Source: an uncultured Bacteroidota bacterium (GTDB taxonomy: Bacteria; Bacteroidota; Bacteroidia; Bacteroidales; GCA-2748055). From it: DNA of 64,000 bases. The translations under genes and the position numbers were made by a program. The notes beneath the pieces are model-generated. The model saw only the letters and a list, made by a program, of their open reading frames with translations. It was not told the origin of the DNA and did no database searches. This document shows, piece after piece, positions 34,354-45,889 of the stretch. The first letter of the stretch is position 1; every line of letters starts with the position of its first letter. The stretch spans positions 10,397-74,396 of the forward strand of contig CAKZNC010000197.1 in assembly GCA_937129385.1 (NCBI GenBank), written 5' to 3'.

Positions 34354-36261
34354 CTAATATCGTACACCTATTACAACCACATCATCGATCTGCTCAACAT
34401 CCGCCTTGTATTCTTCGAATATTTCGTCGAGTCTTCTACCCTGACTGATCATGTCCAGCTCCTGTAGTTCCAACAGGACTCTCTTGAAATTCTTGGACAT
34501 GAACTTTTTCTGTTTTGGTCCGCCGAACTGGTCGACATAACCATCAGAGAAGGTATAAAATGTATCTCCTTTCTTAAGATCCAATGCAACCAGGTTGAAA
34601 TCATCCATACGTTCGTGAATCGCCACCGGCATTTTATCGGCCTTGAACTGCTCCAGCTCACCATCCCTGATCAGGTAGAGGGGATTGTTTGCACCGGCAT
34701 AATACAGTTTGTCCTCGTTGAAATCGATTACCGTTACGGTCATGTCCATTCCGTCTTTGATCTCTGTTCCTGCCTGGGCTTGCCCGAGGGATTCAATGAC
34801 CATCTCCCGTAAGTTATTTAGGATCTCATGTGGTGCAATAATGTTCCTGTTCAGGATGATCTCATTCAGCAGACTTACACCCAGCATGCTCATAAAAGCG
34901 CCGGGAACACCATGACCGGTACAGTCGGCCGTTACGATGATCTGCTTATCCTCCACCCGGTCTACCCAGTAGAAATCACCGCTGACAATGTCACGGGGTT
35001 TGTAAAGAACAAAATGATCAACCTCATCGGTAAAGAGCTCCAGTGATGGAAGGATAGCACGCTGTATTTTCTGTGCATAGTGAATGCTGTCGGTGATATG
35101 TTTCTTCTGATAAGCTATCTGATCCCGCTGATTTTCAGCAACCTCCTTCTGTCGCTCTATCTCGTCACGCTGCGCCGTGATCTTCCTGTTCTTTTCCTCC
35201 AGCAGCTCATTTGCCCGCTTCTTATTCCGGTAATTGAGAAAAATAAAATATGCCAGTCCGATCAGCAATACCAAGGCAAAAACACCTGCAATGATCACAA
35301 TCTTTTGTTTCTGGATCGCATCCAGCTGCAGGGCGATCTGATCTTCGTTCTGTGCGATGGTCCTTTCGCTCTGCAGAATTTTCTCCTGCTTTTCCTCCAG
35401 CGCAAAGGCAGCATCCTGGTTCTGCTTTATCAGCTCACTGTTCTGCTGTCTCTGCTTTTTATTCTCTAATTGCAAGCCTTTGATCTCTGTCTCCCTGATG
35501 GTGATCTGACGGTTCTTATCTTCCAGTTCCCCTTCAGTGGTAAGCAGTTGTTTTATTTTACTCTCCAGCTCCTGCTCTTTCTGCAGGATCTCCCTGCCCA
35601 GCGCTTTCAGCCTGGCAATCTGCTCCCTGATCATTGAGTCCTGCTGTGCGATTTCGATCTGCTGTTGCCTGGTGATCTCCTTCTCTTCCTGTAGCTCTTC
35701 ATCTGTAGCTTCATAAAGTTGTTCCCAGTCTTCCCTCGTCTTAATTGCCTGCAAAAGAAACAGGTCACTCACATTCAGTCCATGTTCCTTCATGAGCTCT
35801 TCGTTGGCTTCAAAACGAGGTTTCCCCTCAACCACGAGGAAATTGATCATTGATTCCCTGAAAGGATACCCTTCGGTAATCACCAGGGTATTCTCCTCTT
35901 CGATCTGCTCCAGTACCTTTTTGATGTTGTAATCATCCTCGCTGTTCAGGTAGACCACCTGCGCCTTGTTCAGCATTTCAGGCTTTGGTACAAGGTAGAC
36001 CCTGATGGGTTTCCCCTGAACAAACTGTCGCTCACCTGCCATCCTCTCCAGGGGCCAGTAGAATTCATCATCGGTATCGAGCACCGTAATTGCAAATTCC
36101 TCCAGCTTATCGAAGCTTTCATCATATTCGACATATTTTGCAATATCGAGGATCAAAGTCGCCCTGGTATTGTCGTCCATGACTTGCTGGTCCTGCGCAG
36201 TAAGCGCATTGGAAAAAAACGGGATAAAAAACAGAAACGAGATCAGAAATAGTTTTTTCAT
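34354..36261 (-). CDS. YfiR(DUF4154)-like periplasmic domain, coiled coil, TM and PP2C/SpoIIE phosphatase
   Basis: The C-terminal section SGDFYW..ADCTGHGVPGAFMS..YTFSDGYVDQ carries the SpoIIE motifs. There is a long Q/E-rich coiled coil and one TM helix (IIAGVFALVLLIGLAYFIFL). Confidence 0.7.
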   Translation of the reverse strand: MKKLFLISFLFFIPFFSNALTAQDQQVMDDNTRATLILDIAKYVEYDESFDKLEEFAITVLDTDDEFYWPLERMAGERQFVQGKPIRVYLVPKPEMLNKAQVVYLNSEDDYNIKKVLEQIEEENTLVITEGYPFRESMINFLVVEGKPRFEANEELMKEHGLNVSDLFLLQAIKTREDWEQLYEATDEELQEEKEITRQQQIEIAQQDSMIREQIARLKALGREILQKEQELESKIKQLLTTEGELEDKNRQITIRETEIKGLQLENKKQRQQNSELIKQNQDAAFALEEKQEKILQSERTIAQNEDQIALQLDAIQKQKIVIIAGVFALVLLIGLAYFIFLNYRNKKRANELLEEKNRKITAQRDEIERQKEVAENQRDQIAYQKKHITDSIHYAQKIQRAILPSLELFTDEVDHFVLYKPRDIVSGDFYWVDRVEDKQIIVTADCTGHGVPGAFMSMLGVSLLNEIILNRNIIAPHEILNNLREMVIESLGQAQAGTEIKDGMDMTVTVIDFNEDKLYYAGANNPLYLIRDGELEQFKADKMPVAIHERMDDFNLVALDLKKGDTFYTFSDGYVDQFGGPKQKKFMSKNFKRVLLELQELDMISQGRRLDEIFEEYKADVEQIDDVVVIGVRY

Positions 36262-36374
36262 TGATTCAGGGTTCGTGGGTTATCAGAACAATCCGGTTCA
36301 AGTTAGTTATTTCCTCAGAGTCAAGGAAATTCGAGAAACATTTTTATTACTATTGCATTAAAATCGGTTAACGG

Positions 36375-37727
36375 ATGCCAACGATCTACTGGACAGTTTC
36401 AATAATGTGTACGGGTTTTCTGATAATTGCCTCCATAAGCAGCTTTATTCATCGCGAGAACAGGGCCGGTGGTATGTTCCTGTTTATATTTGCTGTCCTT
36501 TCTGTATTATACCTCCTTCCTCTCCTTTTCTCCGGTATTACAGTACTCTACAATACAATCATGTTGCTTTTCACCCTATTCACCATCACGATTTTTCTCT
36601 TTCCGCTTAAGGGACCTGGCAGGATGCCGGAAGCCAGCTATGGCGTACGTTTTCATGAGGCAGATTCGGTCCTCTCCAGGCGCAGGCTGGTCCCTGGTAC
36701 GGAAGATTTCAAGGCATACTACAAGGAAAACCCGCAGTTCAGGGAGGCTGATGACAAAGCCAGGAAGAATCCCGGACTGTTATCGCCTGCATCACACTAT
36801 TACGAACCGGTAACATTTGCTGCTGCCGCTGCCAGCTTCCGGGTCACCGAACACCTCCATGAGCTTGACGGGGTCCCCTACGGAGAAAGTGTGATACAGG
36901 TTGACGACCACAAGATCACGAATTTCATCAGGGACTGGCTCAAGAGGTCCGGTGCATCTGGTGTGGGCTTCACAAAATTAAAAGAACACCACCTTTATTC
37001 CCACAAGGGAAGGGGCGAAAAAAGGGGTGATGTCATCAGGAATGACCATCCTTATGCCATTGCATTCACCGTCGAGATGGATCCGGGAATGATGCAATAT
37101 GCGCCGGCCGGACCCACAGTCATGGAATCGGCAGGATGTTACCTCTCCTCAGGCACCATGGCCACCTCCCTGGCACTGATGATCCGCGAACTTGGTTATG
37201 CAGCGACGCCACACATTGATGGTAATTATGAAGTGATTTGTCCGCTCGTGGCATCAGACGCCGGACTGGGCGAGATCGGCCGTATGGGTCTGCTCATGAC
37301 CCCCCGGCAGGGTCCGCGGGTCAGGATCGCCGTCGTCACCACAGACCTGCCGCTTGTCATCGGCAAACCAAAAACAGACCCCAGTGTGATCGATTTCTGT
37401 AAAAGGTGTCGGAAATGTGCTGATGTATGCCCTGCTTCAGCGATCCCATCGGGTGATATGAAACATACTGCCGGGAGTCTGAGGTGGCGCATCAACTCAG
37501 AAAAATGCTATCATTACTGGACTATTTCGGGAACCGACTGCGGCAGGTGTGTCATCAGCTGTCCATACAGTCACCCCGACCACTGGCTGCATCGCTTTAC
37601 AAGGTGGGGCATCAAAAATAATTTGCTTTTCCGCATAATGGCTGTTAAATTGGACGATGTTTTCTACGGTCGGAAACCTTTCATCAAAGGATTGCCCGAC
37701 CGCTATAGTTTTAGAACACAATCATGA
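36375..37727 (+). CDS. membrane-anchored reductive-dehalogenase/QueG-like 2x[4Fe-4S] protein
   Basis: Three N-terminal TM helices, then CKRCRKCADVCP and CGRCVISCPYS ferredoxin-type cluster motifs near the C-terminus. Confidence 0.55.
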   Translation: MPTIYWTVSIMCTGFLIIASISSFIHRENRAGGMFLFIFAVLSVLYLLPLLFSGITVLYNTIMLLFTLFTITIFLFPLKGPGRMPEASYGVRFHEADSVLSRRRLVPGTEDFKAYYKENPQFREADDKARKNPGLLSPASHYYEPVTFAAAAASFRVTEHLHELDGVPYGESVIQVDDHKITNFIRDWLKRSGASGVGFTKLKEHHLYSHKGRGEKRGDVIRNDHPYAIAFTVEMDPGMMQYAPAGPTVMESAGCYLSSGTMATSLALMIRELGYAATPHIDGNYEVICPLVASDAGLGEIGRMGLLMTPRQGPRVRIAVVTTDLPLVIGKPKTDPSVIDFCKRCRKCADVCPASAIPSGDMKHTAGSLRWRINSEKCYHYWTISGTDCGRCVISCPYSHPDHWLHRFTRWGIKNNLLFRIMAVKLDDVFYGRKPFIKGLPDRYSFRTQS

Positions 37728-39529
37728 CGCTATCAGGATATATTGCCATTGCCGTAGTGGTCCTTATGATCATCGCACTCCTGAAAGAGGTCATGCGACC
37801 CGGACTCGTGTTGTTCACCGCCCTGGTGATCTTCATGGTCGCCGACATCATCTCCTCCGATGAGGCTTTATCGGGATTTTCCAACAAAGGAATGATCACG
37901 GTCGGCATCCTGTTTTTGGTCAGCGAAGGCTTCAAACAAACAGGGGCGCTGTCGAAGCTCGCCGGCGTGCTGCTTCCAAAAAAACGGGCACCCATTCCCC
38001 GACTGATCCTTAGGCTCACCATTCCAATTGCAGGGGTGTCGGCTTTCCTGAACAATACGCCCATGGTCATCATTTTTGCACCCATGATCAAGAAATGGGC
38101 AGAAAAACTGGGACTGCCCAGTCAGAAATTTCTTATCCCCCTCTCCTATGCCACGATCTTTGGCGGCACCTGCACTCTGATCGGCACCTCCACCAACCTG
38201 GTGGTACATGGTATGATGCTGGACCGCGGAATAGAGGGCCTGGGCTTTTTTGAACTGGCCAAGGTGGGGATATTCGTTGCCATCATTGGATTCATCTACC
38301 TGAACATATTTTCCAACCGTCTTTTACCTGGAGAGATCATTCCCAAACACAGTTTTCCCAACGATATCAGGGAGTACTATTTTGATGTGAACCTTACTGA
38401 AGGAAGTTCGCTGATCGGCAAAGAGATTGAAAAAAGAAGACTTCCCGGACTGTCGGAATTTGTGGTAAAAACCGTGATCCGCAACGAAAAACATATTCGC
38501 ATATCCAATACCCCCTTCCTAATTGAAGAGGGGGATGAACTGATCCTGGCGGGCAAGTCCGAGGATGTCGGATTTCTCCTGCAACAAAGTGGCATCACAC
38601 TCAAATGCCTGGAGGCCGATGACCCAGCTTTTATGAACCAGGACCTCAAGCTGGTGGAGGTGGTGATCGCCCCCCGCTTCCCAGGGATTCAGAAAACAAT
38701 AGAGGAATTTGATTTCCGGGGACACTACAATGCAGTGGTAATGGCCGTGCACAGGAATGGTGAACGGATCACCACGAATATGCAAAATGTTGAGCTGAAA
38801 TCGGGAGACAACCTGATGCTGATCACTACAGATGATTTTACCCGTTACTGGGGTGAGTCAAGGGCTTTTTACATGGCCTCGGAGATCGGCGATATGGACA
38901 GTTCAAAAGACAAAAGAAAAAGATGGCTTGCCGTCATCATCACCCTGCTGATGGTGACCGGTGCAACCCTGGGTGGACGGCTTCCAGGTTATGGAAATGT
39001 GGAACTGGACATGTTCTTCTTTGCTGCCATTGCGATGGTGCTCATGGCCTCCATGAAGATCTTCTCTGCAAAGAAATACACCAAGCCGATCAACTGGGAC
39101 GTGCTCATCACAGTGGCAAGTGCATTCGGGATCAGTCGTGCCCTTCAGAACTCAGGCGCTGCTGATGTTATCGCCCATTCAACCATCAATATCTCAAAGA
39201 CACTTGGTCCATTGGGGGTGCTGGCGGCGATCTATATCATCACCAATATATTTACGGAGATCATTACCAACAACGCTGCAGCGGCACTGAGTTTTCCCAT
39301 CGCATTATCGGCCGCCACCCAACTTGGGGTTGATCCCCGACCGTTCTTCATTGCCATTGCTGTTGCAGCATCCTGCAGTTTCTCCACACCCATCGGGTAC
39401 CAGACCAACCTCGTGGTGCAAAGCATCGGGAATTACAAATTCGGGGATTACTGGAAAATAGGACTGCCTCTGAACATCCTCGCCTTTATTGTCAGCATGA
39501 TAGTGATCCCTATCTTCTGGAGCTTCTGA
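37724..39529 (+). CDS. SLC13/DASS-type permease with two central TrkA-C domains
   Basis: Multi-pass N- and C-terminal halves flank two TrkA-C-like repeats (IGKEIEKRRLP.., GIQKTIEEFDFRGHYNAVV..). An ATGA overlap links it to the upstream gene. Confidence 0.75.
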   Translation: MTLSGYIAIAVVVLMIIALLKEVMRPGLVLFTALVIFMVADIISSDEALSGFSNKGMITVGILFLVSEGFKQTGALSKLAGVLLPKKRAPIPRLILRLTIPIAGVSAFLNNTPMVIIFAPMIKKWAEKLGLPSQKFLIPLSYATIFGGTCTLIGTSTNLVVHGMMLDRGIEGLGFFELAKVGIFVAIIGFIYLNIFSNRLLPGEIIPKHSFPNDIREYYFDVNLTEGSSLIGKEIEKRRLPGLSEFVVKTVIRNEKHIRISNTPFLIEEGDELILAGKSEDVGFLLQQSGITLKCLEADDPAFMNQDLKLVEVVIAPRFPGIQKTIEEFDFRGHYNAVVMAVHRNGERITTNMQNVELKSGDNLMLITTDDFTRYWGESRAFYMASEIGDMDSSKDKRKRWLAVIITLLMVTGATLGGRLPGYGNVELDMFFFAAIAMVLMASMKIFSAKKYTKPINWDVLITVASAFGISRALQNSGAADVIAHSTINISKTLGPLGVLAAIYIITNIFTEIITNNAAAALSFPIALSAATQLGVDPRPFFIAIAVAASCSFSTPIGYQTNLVVQSIGNYKFGDYWKIGLPLNILAFIVSMIVIPIFWSF

Positions 39530-39599
39530 TCATCGAAACCAGCTCAAGCAACTTCCGCGACCAATTGGAGCTCCTCCCGCGAACGAAGTGAGCTCTTCC

Positions 39600-41291
39600 C
39601 TACCACCCTGCCGCCTGTCCGTCCTTTCTTGATTCCGAGGCGCCATAAAGCACTCCTGTTTCAGGGTCCCTCATGATGGCCTGGTATCCACCGAAGCCTC
39701 CAAAGCTGAATTTTACCTTGTGTCCCATGCCCATCAATCTCCTGATCTCTTTATAGTCAATGCCGGATTCGAGATTGAGTACTCCCCCGTCCCGCATCTC
39801 TTCCCCGGTTGGCTGAGAGGACCCTGAATGCCTGATCCTCGGGGCATCCCCTGCCTCCTGGAGATTCATCCCAAAATCGACAATGTTGACCACGACCTGG
39901 GCATGACCCTGGGGTTGCATCGATCCCCCCATCAAACCGAAACTCACCAGTGGCTGTCCGTCTTTTGTAATAAAGGCAGGAATGATCGTATGGAAGGGGC
40001 GTTTCCCCGGTTCATACACATTGTAATGTCCCTCTTCAAGGGAGAACAATTCCCCCCGGTCCTGCAGAATAAAACCCAGTCCGGGCGGACACATCCCGGA
40101 ACCCATTCCACGGTAGTTCGACTGGATAAGCGATACCATGTTACCTGCTTCATCAGCCACAGTGAGGTAGATCGTATTCCCCTGCTCGATCTCTCCTGCA
40201 TCGTAGGTACGTGCGGCCCTGTCACTATCCAGTAGCTCTCTTCTTTGCGCGGCGTATTCATCCGATATCAGATTCCTGAAATCAAGCGCATTGAAGGCCG
40301 GATCGGCATAATACTTCGCCCGGTCTTCGAAGGCCAGCTTCTTGGCTTCGGTAAAATGGTGGATGTATGCGGCGCTTCCAAAACCCATTCCTGCAATATC
40401 ATACCCTTCCAGGATCTGCAGGATCTGTAACGCGGCAATCCCCTGGCCATTCGGTGGCAGCTCCCAAACATCGTATCCGCGATAATTCGCCGACATCGGT
40501 TCCACCCATTCGGAAGTGTGCGAGGAAAGGTCCTCATACCCCAGGAATCCACCCTGCTCCTTGATGAAATCACTGATCGTATGGGCAATCTCTCCCTTAT
40601 AAAATGCATCCCTTCCTTTTTTAGCGATGGTCTCAAGCGTGTTTGCAAGTGCGGGGTTCCTGAAAATATCCCCCTTCCCCGGAGCCTCTCCCCCGGGCAT
40701 ATATACATCGGCTACATTGGGGAATCCTGACAGGTACCGGGCATTGCGGCCCCACGAAAAGGCAATGACCTCTGTCAACGGAAATCCATCCCGGGCATAC
40801 CCGATCGCAGGAGCAAGCACCTTTTTCATTGGCATCTTCCCGAACCGGCCGTGCAACTCGAACCAGCCATCAACACATCCCGGCACAGATACCGGGAGCG
40901 GACCTGTGGATGGAATGTGGTCATATCCATTCTCGATGAAATAATCGAGGGTCAATGATTTCGGAGACCTGCCGCTGGCATTCAGTCCGTACAACTGCTC
41001 ACTTTCTGCATCCCACACAATGGCAAACAGGTCTCCCCCGATGCCATTTCCTGTTGGCTCTACCAATCCGAGCACCGCATTCGCGGCAATTGCCGCATCA
41101 ATGGCGTTTCCCCCGGCTTTCATTACATCAAGCGCAGCTTGCGTGGCAAGGGGCTGACTTGTACAGGCCATCCCGTGTGTGGCAATTACTTCGGACCTGG
41201 TAGTAAATGTCTCACCCGTAAGACGATCCTGTCCGTACAAATTGATCCCGGCCATGACCAGGCAGATCACTATCATTGATTTTTTCATCAT
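39600..41291 (-). CDS. ggt: gamma-glutamyltransferase
   Basis: Signal peptide. Typical GGT blocks GGNAIDAAIAA, GIGGD, the autoprocessing-site region EQGNTIYLTVAD and MGGSMQPQGH. Confidence 0.9.
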   Translation of the reverse strand: MMKKSMIVICLVMAGINLYGQDRLTGETFTTRSEVIATHGMACTSQPLATQAALDVMKAGGNAIDAAIAANAVLGLVEPTGNGIGGDLFAIVWDAESEQLYGLNASGRSPKSLTLDYFIENGYDHIPSTGPLPVSVPGCVDGWFELHGRFGKMPMKKVLAPAIGYARDGFPLTEVIAFSWGRNARYLSGFPNVADVYMPGGEAPGKGDIFRNPALANTLETIAKKGRDAFYKGEIAHTISDFIKEQGGFLGYEDLSSHTSEWVEPMSANYRGYDVWELPPNGQGIAALQILQILEGYDIAGMGFGSAAYIHHFTEAKKLAFEDRAKYYADPAFNALDFRNLISDEYAAQRRELLDSDRAARTYDAGEIEQGNTIYLTVADEAGNMVSLIQSNYRGMGSGMCPPGLGFILQDRGELFSLEEGHYNVYEPGKRPFHTIIPAFITKDGQPLVSFGLMGGSMQPQGHAQVVVNIVDFGMNLQEAGDAPRIRHSGSSQPTGEEMRDGGVLNLESGIDYKEIRRLMGMGHKVKFSFGGFGGYQAIMRDPETGVLYGASESRKDGQAAGW

Positions 41292-41299
41292 CCTATTTC

Positions 41300-41337
41300 A
41301 TAAAAAAGACCGCAAAAGGGTTTCTTCTGCGGTCTTA
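41300..41337 (-). terminator. intrinsic terminator downstream of the GH16-like gene
   Basis: A 9-bp stem, AAGACCGCA (41306-41314) with TGCGGTCTT (41328-41336). The minus strand reads the hairpin followed by a T6 run. Confidence 0.6.
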
Positions 41338-41354
41338 CATTTCAAGTTTCTATA

Positions 41355-42377
41355 TCAATCCTGATCCTTCAGCTTGTAGACCCTGATCCAGTCGATCTCC
41401 ATTGCCGAGGGCAACCCATTGTCAGATGCCCATTGCTTGAGTCCCGCACTGAAGACCATGTACATCTCCTCCTGTGGCACTCCGCTGGTCTGGGTTTTGA
41501 ATACCTTGTCATTGATCCTCCATGTGAGTTTGCTCGGACCCCACTCAAGTGAGAATATGTAAAAATTGTTTTTGTACCTGGATCCACCTGTCCTGGAGAT
41601 GGATTTAGAGGGGGGCTGCTGCTCCCTGGATCTCCAGAAATAGCCGGCATGCATTTTCCCTTTCTCAAGTTTGGCCACATCGATGTGCGGAACAAGGCCA
41701 TCACCCACCATCCAGAAGGCCTGGGTCATATCCGTATCGGACATCCTGATCTTGGCTTTGAAGATGCCGAATTTCTGACGAAAGCTCTTGCCGGTACTGA
41801 TCAGTGCCGAGGTATACTCAAACGAATCATTCAGGAATCCGTGTATGGGGTCCCATTTTTTTCCATCTACCTCTTCCGGACGTGTCACCAGCCGAAGTTT
41901 CTTATCATAGAATTCCACATTCTTGCCATCCGTCGGAAAACTCTTGTCATCATACATGGTATAAGGCTCATCCAGGATTGCATCACCCCAGAAATATCGG
42001 GTCATCCATCTCTTAGTGTCCAGGCTCGTTCCCGAGAAAGACTCATTAAAAGTCTCCTCCCACCTTGCAATCTCTTTGAATGGATTCTTCTTCTTGGTCT
42101 TAAAATACCAGGTGATCTTTTCTGACTTTTTCAAGACCCTGTATTCTTCCTCCTTCTTGAATTCCCCGGAATTTTTGTATTCATTTTTCGGAATATTCTT
42201 CTTTCGAATGGCAAAGTCACTTGAATTCACCTCTTTTTCAAGGTCCAGGAAATGCTTCAGCTCTTCCGAATTTTCGAATTCCTTGAAAGCCGCATAGTCA
42301 GCGCGCAGCTGATCATCTGCACTTTCCACCTTTTCCGTGCTCGGGATCATTCCGAACAAAAATGCTAAACTTGCCAT
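41355..42377 (-). CDS. GH16-fold (concanavalin-like) protein with a non-canonical catalytic motif
   Basis: Has QAFWMVGDG and EIDWIRVYK, as in GH16. The ExDxxE position reads PHIDVAKLE. Confidence 0.45.
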   Translation of the reverse strand: MASLAFLFGMIPSTEKVESADDQLRADYAAFKEFENSEELKHFLDLEKEVNSSDFAIRKKNIPKNEYKNSGEFKKEEEYRVLKKSEKITWYFKTKKKNPFKEIARWEETFNESFSGTSLDTKRWMTRYFWGDAILDEPYTMYDDKSFPTDGKNVEFYDKKLRLVTRPEEVDGKKWDPIHGFLNDSFEYTSALISTGKSFRQKFGIFKAKIRMSDTDMTQAFWMVGDGLVPHIDVAKLEKGKMHAGYFWRSREQQPPSKSISRTGGSRYKNNFYIFSLEWGPSKLTWRINDKVFKTQTSGVPQEEMYMVFSAGLKQWASDNGLPSAMEIDWIRVYKLKDQD

Positions 42378-42449
42378 AATTCCAGGTTGAATGATGAATG
42401 AATCAAGTCATTAATGGAATAAAGATAAAAAAAATTGAACAGTCCTCAA

Positions 42450-43076
42450 CTATCTGTAAGAATATCCTCTTCTCCTGCTTCTTAAATAATATACGGCATG
42501 CACCTGGATCACAGGGGTCGACAGGGGAGCAACCAGAAATTTCTCATCCAGGGCCGGATCCCCGGCGCGTAAACCGGTAAAGCTGTAGCGGCCGGAGACA
42601 ATAAAATCCCAGTAGGAACTCATACGCATCTCCAGCGTAAGCCCTACTGTAGGTCCGAACCCACTGAGGGTAGAATCCACGGGCATTTCGGGTACTGTAA
42701 CCACAATTTCATTCCTTGAGAGGATGTGCGTATAATTCATACCAACCAACCCGTTCAACTTAAGAGATTTCTCATGAAAGAGCGTGTACTGAACATCCAG
42801 ATCCCCATGAAACATATATGTGGTGGTAATATGACTCACGTGGTTGATCTTGTGTGGGTTGAATACTGAAACGGAGGGAACTATATGCAAAGTCTTTCGT
42901 TTGTCAACCGGTATCCAGGTCCTGAGATTCAATCCCGGGTTCCCCGTATCTCCGCCATTGAATCTCTTTTTCACCGTAAAAGTCAGACCGGCACCGAATC
43001 TTTCCGGCTGTGCCCATATAAGAGACGGAATCCCTATTGCCATCAGGGTCAGAATGAGAAACCTTTTCATGTTCAT
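42450..43076 (-). CDS. small outer-membrane beta-barrel protein
   Basis: Signal MNMKRFLILTLMAIGIPSLIWAQ with alternating strand pattern. Confidence 0.5.
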   Translation of the reverse strand: MNMKRFLILTLMAIGIPSLIWAQPERFGAGLTFTVKKRFNGGDTGNPGLNLRTWIPVDKRKTLHIVPSVSVFNPHKINHVSHITTTYMFHGDLDVQYTLFHEKSLKLNGLVGMNYTHILSRNEIVVTVPEMPVDSTLSGFGPTVGLTLEMRMSSYWDFIVSGRYSFTGLRAGDPALDEKFLVAPLSTPVIQVHAVYYLRSRRRGYSYR

Positions 43077-43303
43077 CTTAAGTTAAAGTTAAAAAATCTT
43101 GCATGTGAAGGCCTTCATCCAGCTGTCATTCTCCAGCTGCCAAATATTGTATGCTGAACCGTTGTCTCGAGACGAGCTCATGAGACCGTAAGTCGAATAA
43201 TGTTTACGTCCAGTGAACCGACACATGCTTAACAAATGTAAAAAAATATGGTGCGAGATGAAAGAAGCTTTGACAAGAGCCTATGATTATGATGATAAAA
43301 TGC

Positions 43304-43311
43304 TAAATTTG
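43304..43311 (+). promoter_or_regulatory. candidate -7 promoter element TAAATTTG upstream of atpD
   Basis: Matches TAnnTTTG, 38 nt before the ATG at 43349. Confidence 0.3.
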
Positions 43312-43342
43312 TCTCTTTCATTATACGAAACAGGTAATATAA

Positions 43343-44857
<1,515 letters not shown>

Positions 44858-44886
44858 AAGAAATACACTGAACCAGGGAGAATATC

Positions 44887-45132
44887 ATGTTGCTTGAAAT
44901 CATATCACCTGACAAGAGTCTGTATACCGGGGAGATCCTCAGTCTGCAGGTGCCTGGTTCGAAAGGATCATTCGAGATTCTGAAAAACCATGCCCCCATC
45001 ATTTCCACCCTTGAAAAGGGAATGATCAATATCAGGGACAAGGAGGGCAAGCAACAATCTTTCGAAGTGGATGGTGGTGTGATCGAAGCAAAAAACAATA
45101 AGATCATCGTTCTTGCAGAAAAAGCAAAATAG
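44887..45132 (+). CDS. atpC: F1 ATP synthase epsilon subunit (short form)
   Basis: Immediately follows atpD. An 81-aa N-terminal beta-sandwich-type sequence (LEIISPDK..GSFEILKNHAP). Confidence 0.85.
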   Translation: MLLEIISPDKSLYTGEILSLQVPGSKGSFEILKNHAPIISTLEKGMINIRDKEGKQQSFEVDGGVIEAKNNKIIVLAEKAK

Positions 45133-45136
45133 CGGC

Positions 45137-45889
45137 GTGACCATCGGGTTTCGCCGGCTTCAGCTGATCATTCTCATGATCTTCCTGTGGTCCGGACAGG
45201 TTCTGAATGGTCAATATGACAAAGAAGAGATCTCCTTTTTCGCCTCCGACAGCCTCCTGGTAACAGCCGATCATTATTTTACCTCCGATACATTACCCTA
45301 CATTGTGATGATCCACGAACAGGGTTCAAGCAGGGGGGAATTTTCCAGTATCATCGACCGGTTCCAGAAAATGAATTTCAATGCCATTTCTGTAGATGTG
45401 AGAAATGGAGGGAATACCAATTTCGTTGCAAACAAAACAGCCAGGAGATCCAGAACAGGAGGATATGACAGGGGTGCAGAGAATATCGAAGCTGATATCA
45501 GGGCAGCTGTGAATGAGGCCTGGAACCATTCGGAAAAACCTGTGATCCTTTTGGGTGCCGGGGCAAACGGATCGCTGGCTCTTAAAGCTGCCAAGGAGAT
45601 GGAACAGGTGAAGGCTGTGATCGCACTCAGTCCGGGAGAGTATTTCCGCCCCTCGATCAGCATCGAAGATACCATCTCCGGAATTGATAAACCCGTGCTG
45701 ATCACCTCCACCAGCCTTGAGTATCCATATATGGAGCAGATCGCGTCGGGTATCGACGAATCAATCCTTACGATCTTTGCCCCTGAAAACTCAGAAGGAG
45801 CAAGAGGAACCCGTGCCCTGAGACCCGAGAATCCGTCAAACGGCGAATACTGGCTTACCCTGCTCCTCTTCTTTAAGGATCTCCAGTAA
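45137..45889 (+). CDS. alpha/beta hydrolase (dienelactone-hydrolase-like), start uncertain
   Basis: The GTG at 45137 gives a signal-like N-terminus just after the atpC stop. The TTG at 45113 would overlap atpC. The fold call is weak. Confidence 0.45.
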   Translation: MTIGFRRLQLIILMIFLWSGQVLNGQYDKEEISFFASDSLLVTADHYFTSDTLPYIVMIHEQGSSRGEFSSIIDRFQKMNFNAISVDVRNGGNTNFVANKTARRSRTGGYDRGAENIEADIRAAVNEAWNHSEKPVILLGAGANGSLALKAAKEMEQVKAVIALSPGEYFRPSISIEDTISGIDKPVLITSTSLEYPYMEQIASGIDESILTIFAPENSEGARGTRALRPENPSNGEYWLTLLLFFKDLQ

